Below are positions 12,726 to 25,765 of a stretch of DNA of 64,000 bases, one piece after another. Each line of letters opens with the position of its first letter. The first letter of the stretch is position 1. Source of the stretch: Octopus vulgaris (taxonomy: Eukaryota); assembly GCA_951406725.2 (NCBI GenBank), contig OX597819.1, positions 106,640,001 to 106,704,000 on the forward strand. Reading direction: 5' to 3'. The notes beneath the pieces are model-generated. The model was not told the DNA's origin and made no database searches. It worked only from the letters and a program-made list of their open reading frames with translations. The translations under genes and the position numbers were made by a program.

Positions 12726-14740
12726 ATAATTCAATTATATAACTACATTGTATACATTAGTATACAATCACTCTTTTACACCCCTCTAACCTCTGGTTTA
12801 CATTCCACTTCTCTTTGTTTTCTGTCTTTTCTATCCTGACCAATGTTGCTTTTCTTAGTACCTCCACCTAAAGATTCCGACTGACTCATCTATCCCCTCC
12901 AATGTTTTTTTTTTATATTTAGCATCTTCGGCCTCCATTCATTCCTTCCTGTTCTGAATGCTGCCCACTGAAACACTTTATTATTATCCCCACAATCTTT
13001 TTATTACCGCTATCCAATTTTACTTGTGTGAAAGAATGTAAATGCTGCCGAACTTATAAGCAATAATGAAAAGCTCATAACGTATTTTCATTAATTTTGT
13101 TAGGTGACAATCTGGTCGCAAGCCGACATAGATGCTCACTTGCACCTCTCAGACTTGATCTAGTGTAACATCCGGAATGTGATATTTGGAGAAGAAATGT
13201 TTACATGGGTACCTGGCTGGTATTCATTATTGTTGAGTTGATTAAGGCAAAGTGCAACGGTGTGCATTGTACAAGGATTCCAGATGCGTTTGTTCGAGGA
13301 ATCCTTGACCGAACAGCGTAACTGCTACGCCATATATTTCATTGAAAGATCAATCGATGTTTCTCTCCATTCTGAAGTCTACGCTTGTTGTAACTTCGTG
13401 ATCATGAACCGAAAACCGTAACCACTAGCCATACGAAGAGTGCACACACATAAAAATAAACACTATTCCTGCAAGTCCAAAATTCTACGCCGCCAGGCGT
13501 TGCTGCATTATTAAAATATTCGCTTTGCAACCATTTAGTTCAAGGTTCTATTCCATTGCGCTGTACATTGAAACAGTTGTTTTCTACAATAACGTCACCG
13601 ATTTATGGACAAAAACTGCGCGGAAGCACTTTGTATATGTATATCGGTGAAATATTTATATATCAACGAGGAACAAGACGCCACTGATTTGTTTCATGTT
13701 TTTTTTTTGTTTGTTTGTTTTAGGAAGTATTTTACCTTGAATTTAGTAAGTTATTACCTCGACGAATCGACGCCAAAAATGCAATGAACCAACGTTTGGC
13801 ACATTCAAAACCTGCAACCACCGACGCCGTTAATAAGAAAAATAGGATACAAAAATATAACGATATAAATAATTCTGAAGTATGTGCCAGCTCTAAATTA
13901 TATGCCAATTCACACCAGCCATGTTTCCTCGTCATATTATGAAATAAGAACACTTCACTAAGACGAAGCAGTTTTTGTTTTTGATAATTCTACGAAATAA
14001 TAGTTTGCCTTCGCATAATTTTCAACTGACATCTGTTGGCTTTTGTCGATAAATATAATGTGGTAGACATAAACCGGTGCCATGATGCCTTCCTTACTTC
14101 CTCGCTTCCAATCACGTTAAGATTTTCCTTCTCTCTTCATCTACTCCATCTTAATATCACAACCACTCAGAGAGGTCTTCATTCATTATGACGTAAGAAA
14201 AAAGAATCATATATACAATAGTGGAATATCTTTGAACCCACGAAAAATAACCATGATGATGATGATGATGATGATGATTGTAGTGAAGGTGCTGGTGGGG
14301 ATAGATAAGAGTTATGATCATGATGGTCGTGCGATTGTGATTTTGATGGCTACAATAAATGCTGTTTGTGATAAACATGATAATTATGGCGGTAAACCCT
14401 GGTGAGGTACTTCCACTAGTATTAATTCAGTCATCGGCGTCACTGTGGTTTTGATCCAGGGCGGGATGTAGCTGTATTGATGAAATTGTTGAACTATTTG
14501 ATCTGGTGGGTAGACGACATTCTCTATGTCGTTTTTGTTGTTGCATTTTGGGTTGATGATGATGGTGATGATGATAATAGGAATGATAGGAGGAGTTTGA
14601 CATGCTGCTAGTAGTGATTATGGTAAAAGTGATGATGAAGGTGATGGTGACGATCATGAATTATGGTTGTGATACTGGTGGAGGGAGTCAAAGTGATGAT
14701 TATGATGGCAACGGTTAAGTGCTTTTGATGTTCATGATAA

Positions 14741-16934
14741 CCCTGGTCAACAAGTATTTTTCATCAAGCATATATCAATCTATACTTAGTGTAGGTTTTA
14801 ATGCTGATTTCAAATATACAATTAGTTTTTGGACATCGCATACAGTTTTCATGATGAGAAAGTTTTATGGTTTTAACTCATGCATTATATAGAAAATTCC
14901 ATTTAACGACGTGTATGCGAGTATTTCATTTACGTCATGGAAACATACCATTAAAATAAACTACATTATTCATTGCTTCATAGTTCAGATGCAATATTTC
15001 ATCATCTGAAATTCAAAATAAGTGTAACTGTTTAAGTCTGTTTCCGTATTTGTGTTACAGTGTTAACAAAGTCAAGACAAGGTAGAAAGCGTCTTGGTGT
15101 GTTATGTTATGCCTGTGAACATATTGCAAATGCTCAAAAACGTACAATACCACCAGAGATCAAGATGTATAAGCTATGCTTTGTCTGTCCTATTGGAGAT
15201 CTGGAAAAGTTATGGGCACCACATTTTATCTACTCAGCTTGCTGAAATGGCTTACGTGACTGGTCCAATAATAATAAGTCCATGCATTTTGGCATTCCAG
15301 TGGCATGGAGGGAGACGAAAGACCATTTTAATGACTGTTATTTATGCAAAGTAAATGTCACAGGATTTTCTTTGAAGAACAAAACACAAAATTGTATTTC
15401 CTAACTTAGATTCCGCAATGAGACCTGTGCCTCACAATAGAAGTCTGCCAGTTCCAGTTCCACCACATGAGAAATTTCAGATGATGATTATGACTGTCAC
15501 GATAGAGCTTCTGTAGAAGATTATGTGGCTGAACTGAATGACCTTGTCAGTGTCCTATCCCTCCCGAAAGATAATGCAGAACTGTTGGCATCAAGACTGA
15601 AAGAGAAATATCTGCTAGAGCACGGTGTTTCTTATAACTTATTTTCGGCAGAGAAATATGGTTCTACAAACGTGTTTTTCTGTTGAAAGCCCACTTTGCT
15701 TTTGCAGTAACATAGACGGACTCTTCGAATGGTCATCACAAAATCATGACCCTGCAGAGTGGCGTGTGTTTATTGACTCTTCGAAACAAAGTTTAAAAGC
15801 TGTACTTCTATATAATGGTAATTTGAAGCCCTCCATTCCTCTTGTACACCCTGTTCATCTTCATGAATCATATGAGAATATTGAATTTTTACTTCATGCC
15901 ATTGCATATGAAATATACGGATGAAAAATATGTAGAGATTTAAAAGTCGTTTGAATGTTAATGGGAATGCACTCAGCTTTCACAAAATAGTGTTGTTTCT
16001 TGAGTCCGTGAGATAGTCGGGCCACTGACAGACATCATTTGGAATCAAACTGGCAGACATGAACATCATACCAGCCAGGACTGTCTAACGTCAAGAATAC
16101 ACCTCTTGTAGGTCCTATTGCCTCATTTGCAAATAAAGCTTGCACTGATGAAACAGTTTGTAAAGTCACTAGGGGAGAGAAATACCAGAGGGTTTGAGTA
16201 TATCGTAGAAACGTTTCCCAAAATCAAGCAGGCGAAGTTGAAAGAGGCTATATTTGTCGGACCACAAATTAGAGACGTACTCAAGGATGTCAACTTCAAG
16301 ATAACACTAGATGAACTGGAAGTGCCTGTGAGAATTGTGTGAGAATTTCCTGAGCAGCAAGAAAGCAATGGACTCCAAAGATGACATCAAGAATCTTCTG
16401 AAGTTTTACTCTGCAATGGGTTGTCGCATGTCATTGGAAGTTCAATTCTTGGACTCCCATCTGGATTTCTTCGCAGATAACCTTGGAGTAGTGTCTAATG
16501 AACATGGTGAAAGATTTCACCAGGACATTAATGCTATGAAGTATCGGTACCAAGATTTCTGGAATGAGAGTTTGCTAGTTGACTACTGCTGGGCATTCTA
16601 CGGCGATGAACTAGATGAGGAACATCGCAGGAAATCCAAATCACAATGTTTCTAACTCTGTTCTAACTTTGTTTTATCTCACCCATTTTTGTGTATTCAC
16701 TCTTTGTAGGATGATAGTGATGATTTTTAATTCAATAAACTCCTTTACTTTCTAAAAATATGTCCTTATTTATTACATTAATGATTTCATATATAAAAAT
16801 ATGTAAATATTTGCATGTATCTACTGAAAAACTGGTACGTACTTCACACAAATTGAGTGACATTTTGAAATCAGTCTTAAAAAGTTCGTTTGCATTCATA
16901 ATGGGTATAATGCATTTAATTTTGTTGACCAGAG
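14741..16934 (+). mobile_element. Complete but degenerate Chapaev3 (CMC)-like DNA transposon, about 2.2 kb
   Basis: TIRs ccctggtcaacaa (14741) and ttgttgaccagag (16934); TAA at 14738-40 and 16935-37; subterminal gctgatttcaaa / ttgaaatcagtc. Confidence 0.85.
15060..16655 (+). pseudogene. Chapaev3-type transposase, frameshifted
   Basis: CYACE...GDLEKLWAPH; DCYLC; AELLASRLKEK; EWRVFIDSSKQSLKAVLLYNGN; IKLALMKQFVK; IFVGPQIR; HLDFFADNLGVVSNEHGERFHQDI...YQ..WNESLLVDYCW. Confidence 0.85.
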
Positions 16935-17452
16935 TAAGTTTTGATTATGAGATGGAGGATAATGGTGGTGGAAGTACGTGACGGGGTGGTGGTGTTGCTC
17001 ATTACTGTACTAATTGACATCACAACAGTAGGCATCCTGAAAGGGTTGTAGCTACAAGGAGTTGTAGTGATGTTAGTGGTGAGGATTTAATCTAAAGGAC
17101 GAGGACATTCCCTGTGTTGTTGATGATGATGTTGATGATAATGATGATGACGACGACGACGATGATGATAAGGACAAGGAGGAGGAGGAGGAAGAAGACT
17201 AGGAGGAGGAAGCGAAAGTGGAGGAGGGGAGGAAGATGTTGATGGATATGATGACGGTAAACAAAGGACTGATGTGGTTGTTGGTCGAAAGCGACAACGA
17301 TAATGAATGTCACCGCTATGAAAGTGATGACTACGACGTCGATCAAGGCGACCGCTCCTACCACAATGGTATATTTGTACAACTGTTTCAAGAGTGGTTC
17401 CAGTTTACTTGGTCAACTTCACAAAACGGAAAATAACATCCTTATTGTAGTA

Positions 17453-17680
17453 TCTTCTTCTTCTTCTTCTTCTTCTTCTTCTTCTTCTTCTTCTTCTTCT
17501 TCTTCTTCTTCTTCTTCTTCTTCTTCTTCTTCTTCTTCTTCTTCTTCTTCTTCGTCTGTTTCTTCTTCTTCTTCGTCTGTTTCTTCTTCTTCTTCTTCTT
17601 CTTCTTCTTCTTCTTCTTCTTCTTCCTCTGTTTTCTTCTTCTTCTTCTTCTTCTTCTTCTTCTTCTTCTTCTTCTTCTTC
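17453..17680. repeat. (TTC)n microsatellite
   Basis: Direct reading. Confidence 0.95.
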
Positions 17681-18217
17681 TCCTCTCTTTCTCTTGCTCG
17701 TTTTGTTTTCTTCTGTGAAATAACTACTTTTTTCTACATGGTTCCTTCCTTTTTTTTCTTACTCCCTTATTCTTTAGGTTTTAATACCAAGTGCACCGAT
17801 GTTGCCAAAGAGATATTGGCAGAACTTTTCATATTCGGACAATAAAATTACTCGCTGTTAACTTGCCTTTATCAAGTAAAAAAAATGAAATGGTTTGTTG
17901 GAGATAATTAAAACAAAAAATACCTACAAATCAAGGCAAGTCTTCATATTTCCTTTGTTTTTTAATTCTTTGTATTTTTTTTTAATATACAAAGAGTTAA
18001 AGGATATATTTGCTTGATAAGTAATATGTGCTAGTAAATATTTTCAAATAATTCAAAGAATTCACTGTTTGCTTCAATGTAACGGTCCTAACTTCGATCA
18101 CATCTTATTGTTTCCTATATGTGAGTGTGTGTCTTTGTTTGTGTTTGTGTGTGTGTGTTTGTGTGTGTTTGTGTTTGTGTGTGTGTTCATGTGTGTTCGT
18201 GTGTGTGTACGTGTATG

Positions 18218-18259
<42 letters not shown>

Positions 18260-20944
18260 CTTGAAGTTAAGCCGAAGATAAAATATGACAAGGTCCAGTA
18301 TTTGCGAATTATCAGCAATGTTGCTTCGCAACCACGTGATCTCTTGTTCCAACCCACTTCGCAGTATCTTGGATATATATCATATTCTGTAGCCTTGGGG
18401 CAACCTATACCTTGTGAGTATTGTAAAATAGTGTTAATAGTTCTATTTAGCATTGTCATTACTGCCGAATGAATAAGGCTACCTTTGTGTTACTGTTTCA
18501 TTCTAGGTAACATACGTGTGTTAAACCAGCACGATATCCAAGAGACGTATTTGATTTGACTAATCACTAAACAAACTGCTCATAAACATCAACTATAGAG
18601 ATCTAAGTAAGGAATTAAAATTCCATAGTTGTATATGGTTAACACAGGTTCTATAAATTTTTGTTAAAAATTCCAGATTAAGAAGAGCATGTAAGGATGC
18701 ATAACCTACAATCTGAAACGGTATCTATATGGGATAAGCTGAGGCGCTATACATACACGCGATATATGCTGGCAGTGTAGGTATAGGGGACAACTACAGT
18801 GTCTATGAATTCATTTAATAAGTCCTGGATCTCTAAATGTCGTGAATTCATGTAATAAGTACTGGCTCTATAAATGTCGTACTTTGTGAAATGTCTTGAA
18901 GAATTCTCTGTGTCATAATATGTCAACTATCGTGTGTCCCTAACATTCCCTTTCTACATTAAAATTTTCCCGACCCTACATCAACAATGTGCTGTGTTTG
19001 CATTTTTGATTGTTTCTGCCTGTAACATCCACTGACTCTATGACCCAGAAAGAGCATTGTTCACTCATTCCTCATCATTCGAACCCAATCATTATCCATA
19101 CGTTGAATATGCACTGAATATATGATCATGGATCTACAATATATCTTATGGGGTTATGCTAAGTTTCTCTCAATTGCGCAGATACAATCACAACACATAT
19201 TAAAAATTAAAGATTTTGCACACACCCTGAAGATGGGCAGTACAGAGCTTGAACCTAATGTTGAAACACATGACAGGGTTTAACTACCATTGAAGATTTT
19301 TCTTGACGAATGAGCAATTCAATATAGAAAATGATGCATCACACAAACAACTGGTTATTGCGTCATCAACTTTTGATGATTTTTGCACTTAGAGCGATTA
19401 CTAGCACATATGAGACAAACTCTCGAACAATAGTGGTTTCAATTTAGGATACAGACTATTTCCTTTACCTTATGTAGCGTAAACCATAGCACAAGTGGTA
19501 CACGTCACAATGTCCGATTCCGCCTCTGCATATTTTCAATGTTCAATTTCATGAAATCTAGAACTAGCGTTTCATATCATTTAACACACATTTCTTATAC
19601 CAAATCAAAACAACACCTCTCCTACTTTTGCGTATGCTTCTCAAGTGCTTACGACAATGAAAGACATAAAATCCTAATGTGGATTGAAAGAATGAGAGAA
19701 ATTCGCAATGACAATACATTAATAATACTATCTCTAATGGATTCAAATTCGAATTTCAGGCAAGCTTTTACGCAAAGAAAATACACTAGCCGTCACTTGC
19801 AAACGAAAATGACATGTCAGTATATATCGTGAGCTTGCTAATAGATTTAGATAGCAAGCAGACACAGATATTTCTCGACACTCCAGCCCTTTCACCTAGT
19901 GGAATATGAAGGCTGTCAGGTACTGGAGGAAGGAAGTTAATGTGCCAGCATAAGGTTTGTGCTCATTTTAAGCTGAGCAAACTGCAGCATCGTAGAAAGT
20001 GCCTTATCGAAAGCAAAAACGTGCTACTCACTCCAAGAATGAAACATATGTCTTTACGGCTATGAACTCAACATAAAAAAAACATTATTAATTTGTAGCT
20101 CTGACGTTGAGAAAAGAGAGGTCACGTTGAAAACGTATATTACAGGGCAGAAAAAAACTCTTTAGGAAGCACGTTACAGATAATGATATAAAAGACACGC
20201 ACGCACATACAAACACACACACACACACACACATAAACACACCCATGTAAACACGTATGGTATTTATTCAGATCGATTACGTTTTGATAACAACATTTAG
20301 GGTATTTTAATGTTTTTTTCCCTATTGATTCTCAGCGCTTGCAGGTGAGAAGACAAATTTCAAATATTAATTAGCAGCAAATTGTGAAATTAATTTTCAA
20401 AATGTGAGGGGAAATTTAAGAAAATTAATAAGCCGGGTATAATAGCTTCATTCAAATAGAATACATAGTTTGAGAGGCGTTGAAGTGGCATATTTAAAAG
20501 CCGAACGTCATCATTTAGACAAATGCTTTCATGTTTCAAATTACTAAATTGGGAGTAGTCGTAGGAGAGAGTTTAACGTGATTCATGTCATGCTATGAAA
20601 ATTAAAGACACTTGGAAGTGGAAAAACGGCAGCCATGACAAAGAGAAACGTTGATTCAGCATTCTGCCACTGACAATGCGATGTGTCAATGACCGTGACA
20701 ACATCGTAATGGGCAGGGGTTGTTGGTGTCACTGTATTGTTAAAAGAATTGTTCGCTTCTCCATTGCGATAACACTCTGTGCATGATATTGTGCAAGTGT
20801 CTTCGACCAAAACATCGACCTCCCCAACGCGTTGTGGGTGAAATCAGCTTCACGGAACGTATATGTAGACTCCACTTATATACGCACGCACACAGAGATA
20901 CACACACACACACACACACATGCAGACACATCTATAAGTTAGAG

Positions 20945-21105
20945 GTGCATCTGTATTGTAAGAAGTTTGCTTCACAAACACATGGTTACGTGTCCAGTCT
21001 CACTGCGTGGCACACTGGGTGGAGAATGCCTCCTACAATAACCTCGGACCGACCAAAACCTTGTGAATATATTTCGTACACAGAAACTAATTAAAGTTCA
21101 TCGTA
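20945..21105 (+). mobile_element. Degenerate 5' half of CORE-type SINE
   Basis: gtaagaagtttgcttc...acatggtt...cactgcgtggcacactggg...ggaccgaccaaaaccttgtga. Confidence 0.7.
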
Positions 21106-21173
21106 TGTATGTATGTATGTATGTATGTACGTATGTATGTATGTATGTATGTATGTATGTATCTATCTATCTA

Positions 21174-21276
<103 letters not shown>

Positions 21277-21342
21277 CATGTATGTATGTATCTTTTCATC
21301 AATCTATCTAATTATCTGTGTTGTATATATATATATCTCATT

Positions 21343-21732
21343 CTCTCTTTAACTTGTTTCAGTCATTTGACTGCGGCCATGCTAGAGCACCACCTTTAAT
21401 CCAGCAACTCGACCCCGGGACTTATTCTTTGTAAGCCCAGTACTTATTCTATCGGTCTCTTTTGCCGAACCGCTAAGTGACGGGGACATAAATACACCAG
21501 CATCGGTTGTCAAGTGATGCTGGATGGGACAAACACAGACACACAAACATACACGCACACATATATATACATATATACGACGGGGTTCTTTCAGTGTCCG
21601 TCTACCAAATCAACTCACAAGGCTTTGGTCGGCCCGAGGCTATAGTAGAAGACAGCTGCCCAAGGTGCCACGCAGTGGGACTGAAAACCCGGAACCATGT
21701 GGTTGGTAAACAAGCTACTTACCACACAGCCA

Positions 21733-21735
<3 letters not shown>
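21343..21735 (-). mobile_element. Full-length CORE-type tRNA SINE
   Basis: Reverse complement of the 7126-7548 family, well preserved. Confidence 0.9.
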
Positions 21736-21772
<37 letters not shown>

Positions 21773-21828
21773 CGGAGATGTACTCGCATAGCAAGTAATT
21801 TGATCTGAGATCGTGTGCTGAAACGAAA

Positions 21829-22607
21829 ACAATTGCAGCGTGGAAGGTGTTTATAAGCCATTTAAGAAACACACAAAAGCCGTTCGATTCACTCCAACAT
21901 TTAAGTTTAATTTGTCAAAATATTTTCGTCGCTAAAATCCGCGACCTGTTCACTGACAAAGTCCGTGCTGCATCTAAGAAAGTAACACTTAGTTCGTCAT
22001 ATAAATGTACGTATGTATGTGTGTATGTATGCATACATGTGTGTATGTATGTACGTATGCATGTACGCACATACGCCTGTGTATGCATGTATGTATGTAT
22101 GTATGTATGTATGTATGTATGTATGTATGTATGTATGTATATATGTATGTGTGTGTATAAGCACGCACATACACTCTATAAAACATAAAGTTATAAACCT
22201 GTAGCGTTGTGATGAGTGGTCACTCTACATCCATCCATCGCTACAGGTTTATAACTTTATGTTTTATAGAGTGTATGTGCGTGCTTATACACACACATAC
22301 ATATATACATACATACATACATACATACATACATACATACATACATACATACATGCATACACAGGCGTATGTGCGTACATGCATACGTACATACATACAC
22401 ACATGTATGCATACATACACACATACATACGTACATTTATATGACGAACTAACTGTTACTTTCTAAGATGAAGCACGGACTTTGTCAGTGAACAGGTCGC
22501 GGATTTCAGCGACGAAAATATTTTGACAAATTAAACTTAAATGTTGGAGTGAATCGAACGGCTTTTGTGTGTTTCTTAAATGGCTTATAAACACCTTCCA
22601 CGCTGCA

Positions 22608-22612
<5 letters not shown>
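21829..22612. repeat. Long near-perfect inverted repeat (arms about 375 bp, 32-bp spacer) built on a PLE-like unit
   Basis: 21829-22206 is the reverse complement of 22239-22612 with about 4 substitutions and one TATG-unit length difference. Confidence 0.95.
22481..22530 (+). ncRNA. Hammerhead-like motif with GUGAACA core (mirror copy 21911-21960, minus strand)
   Basis: tttgtca GTGAACA g gtcgc ggatttca gcgac GAAA atat TT tgacaaa: 7-bp stem I, 5-bp stem II, palindromic stem III. Confidence 0.6.
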
Positions 22613-22639
<27 letters not shown>

Positions 22640-22642
<3 letters not shown>

Positions 22643-22864
22643 AGCAAATATTCAGGAATTAATATTTATATAGATATTTTTATGGCTATTATTATCAAGG
22701 GCAATATAAATAATTAATAATTATAGCAATAATATTATGAATGGTTGCAGATCTAAATTAGTATTATATAGTCATATATATAAATATTCACTCCTGAATA
22801 CTTGCTCCATATTGAAGCTTTTCGCACTGAAGCTGCTGTGAATTGGCACAAGACAGTGCAGAGG

Positions 22865-22868
<4 letters not shown>
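22640..22868. repeat. Copy of the 7718-7910 repeat family with internal inversion, between (TA)n tracts
   Basis: 22640-22770 is the reverse complement of about 7718-7848; 22780-22868 is direct to about 7820-7910. Confidence 0.7.
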
Positions 22869-22944
<76 letters not shown>

Positions 22945-22946
<2 letters not shown>

Positions 22947-23858
22947 TATGTAGAAAAATACAACATGGACAAGAACGTATAACTCTTAGAAGACGACACA
23001 ATAAACACGGACAGGACATTCAAAACCCTCAGTCTTCGGTCAAGAACCGGATCATCGTAGTAATTTCGGCTGATTAATTTTGAGATTACTAGATCACGGC
23101 CAGCCCTCCAAGAAAAATCAAGCAACGAGCATTAGAAAAACTAAGCTGGAAGCGTAGATTTCCTGGAAGAAGGATCGAATGCATACGAACACCAGGACAG
23201 CAAAAGGGACAGATATAAAAAAACAAAAAACAATAATGGAATACAGAAACATGAAATACAGAAGCATTAACGGTGAAAACAACAGTGTCTTACGACTGAT
23301 AACAAGCAAACAAATTTTTTCTCTGGCGCAATGGAAAAAGCCTTTATAGTGGCGGACGAAAACAGCGATGTTAACACGACGAGGGTCAGAAGCTGAAAGG
23401 CAGATTTCGGCCAACAGTCACGTGACAGAGAAGAGGGAAAAGAAAAGAAAGAGAAGCAAAGGAAGAGAGAGAGAGAGAGAGAGAGAGAGGAGGGACAAAC
23501 GCAACAAAGAGAGAGAAGAGAGAGAAAGAAGGAATCAGAGAGGAGAAGGGATGGGTGTCGAAGAATGACCTGTGAGTGCAGAGCGAGACAAAGAAATAGG
23601 AGGGTAGTGGAAGACTAGACCAAAGAATCAGAGGAAAGAGAACAGAAAAAGAGGATGAGTAGAGAGAAAAGAGAGAGAGGGGGACAGATCAAGTAAAAAT
23701 GAGAGAGAGAGAGAGACAAACAGAGAGTCGTACCAATTATTAAGAATATGTGCTCACATAAATGTTAAGGGGGGTACGGGGCGCCTGGAATATATGTTAA
23801 GGTATGTAGAAAAATACAACATGGACAAGAACGTATAACTCTTAGAAGACGACACAAT
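22945..23858 (-). mobile_element. Non-coding element with ~58-bp direct terminal repeats in (TA)n (probable non-autonomous PLE derivative)
   Basis: ggtatgtagaaaaatacaacatggacaagaacgtataactcttagaagacgacacaat at 22945 and 23801; AG-rich interior. Confidence 0.6.
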
Positions 23859-23992
23859 ATATATATATATATGTAAATACACACACACTCAAACACACCC
23901 ACATATATATAAATATATGTAATATATATGGGTGTGGCAGAAGTAACGTCCTTGTTGTTTTTAATAACTCCTACAGTATATAAATGTTTATT

Positions 23993-24358
23993 AAGTAACC
24001 TGCTTACCAACCACATGGTTTCAGGTTCAGTCCCACTGCATGGCACCTTCAGCAAGTGTCTTGTACTATAATCTCGGGCCGACCGAAACCGTGTGAGTGG
24101 ATTTGGTAGGCGGAAACTGAAAGAAGCCCGTCATATATATATGTGTGTGTGTGTGTTTGTGTGTCTGTGTTTGGCCCCTCAACATCGCTAGACAACTAAC
24201 GCTGGTGTGTTTACGTCACGTAACTTAGCGCTTTGATAAAAGAGACCGATAGAATAAGTACTAGGCTTCCAATGAATAAGTCCTGGGGTTGATTTGATCG
24301 ACTAAAGGCGGTGCTCCAGCATGGCCGCAGTCAAATGACTGGAACAAGTAAAAGAGTA
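23993..24358 (+). mobile_element. CORE-type tRNA SINE, 5' clipped
   Basis: Same family as 7126-7548. Confidence 0.88.
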
Positions 24359-25431
24359 ATACATGCATATTACTATGCAAGCTGTATCTTGGTGAGAAAT
24401 TGCCGATAAATCAACACGTCAGAAACAAAATAAAAATAAAATAAAATAAAAGGAAAGGGAAAAATCCTCGTGTATTACATTTACTCGAATTGTCGGAATA
24501 CGTCCTTATTGTAGTCACAACCGTATAAAAAATGTTTGGCCTGCTGGAAACGTTTCTCATCCAAAGCATTGTTCACTAATGTGTGATATAATAAAGTAAA
24601 CCATTCTGTCGATCTGGGTAGTTTATTGCATATGATACATTGACTCCAAATATTTGGGTTAAGTCGGGAAGTTTCACTGCTTTTCGCCTCAACAGTACTA
24701 TAAATGTGTGCTGCGAATTTTTATGAGACTAAGTTGAATTACACCAAGAAACGTAAGTAATATTAGTTCTTATACACTATGAAGGTCGAGATTCGTTTGT
24801 TATTTCTACAGCACCGTTGAAATTGGGAAGCGTAGCCTAATGCATTGGAGTGGTCTACAGAATTCAATGACATGACAAAATATCAGAAGCTAGCGTTATC
24901 TATAAGGTATAAATGTGGCAGCTAAATATTGCTGGTTCATATTGCATGACAAACCAGTCGTTTTGTGTTTGATTAAAGCTATTAATTTATATTACTGCGG
25001 CTTTTGATGTCGTTGTCGTTTAGTCCCACGTCGTTCCCAGTGTCTTTACTTTTAAATGTTATTCGGTTGTTCAAGCGTTACAAACATCTATAGAATCAAA
25101 TATATACCAAATACATATCACTGCTAAATACATTAGTCATACAACTGATTCGATCCATTCGCTAAAGCTTGAAACTTGTAATTATACGGGTTGAAAACCA
25201 GTTTTGATGAAACTCCAAAAGCATAATATTTCACCGTGATTCATGCATCGACTTATTTATCACTTGTGATAGACAATATGCGGAGATCTGCATATCAAAA
25301 ATATGTATGTTTTAAATATACATATATATGAATGTTTATTTTTATGTTATAATAAAACAGTTTTATATCAAAATCAGAAATACTAAATTTCTAAATCTCT
25401 CGTAGAGACATGTACGGTGGTGGGGCGATAA

Positions 25432-25765
25432 AATGGTTGTATACTGTCAATCTAACACGAACGTGACAGTAGGAGGTACACCACCGCTGTTTAGCCCTAG
25501 GAAGCATCGACGCCTCCTGATGGCTTTGACACATATTTCCTGTGTCCTTATATACATTTACGACGAAGGACAATCATCCTGAAACACGTGTCCCTAGATG
25601 CAGCCCGGGCGGCTGGGGGTAATTGTCTCTCCTTCGTAAATGTATATAAGAACACAGGAAAAATGTCTCAAAGCCATCAGGAGGCGTCGATGCTTCCTAG
25701 GGCTAAACAGCGGTGGTGTACCCCCTACTGTCACGTTCGTGTTAGATTGGCAGTATACAACCATT
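25432..25765. repeat. Foldback/MITE-like inverted repeat (arms about 143 bp, spacer about 48 bp)
   Basis: aatggttgtatactg...acgaaggacaat mirrored by attgtc...cagtatacaaccatt. Confidence 0.88.

Noticed and set aside
19222-19270. ctgaagatgggc...ttgaaac hammerhead-like string
   Set aside because: No convincing stems I or III.
20583-20810. 75-aa Cys-containing ORF as a possible host exon
   Set aside because: No recognisable domain or clear splice context; cannot be supported without RNA-seq.
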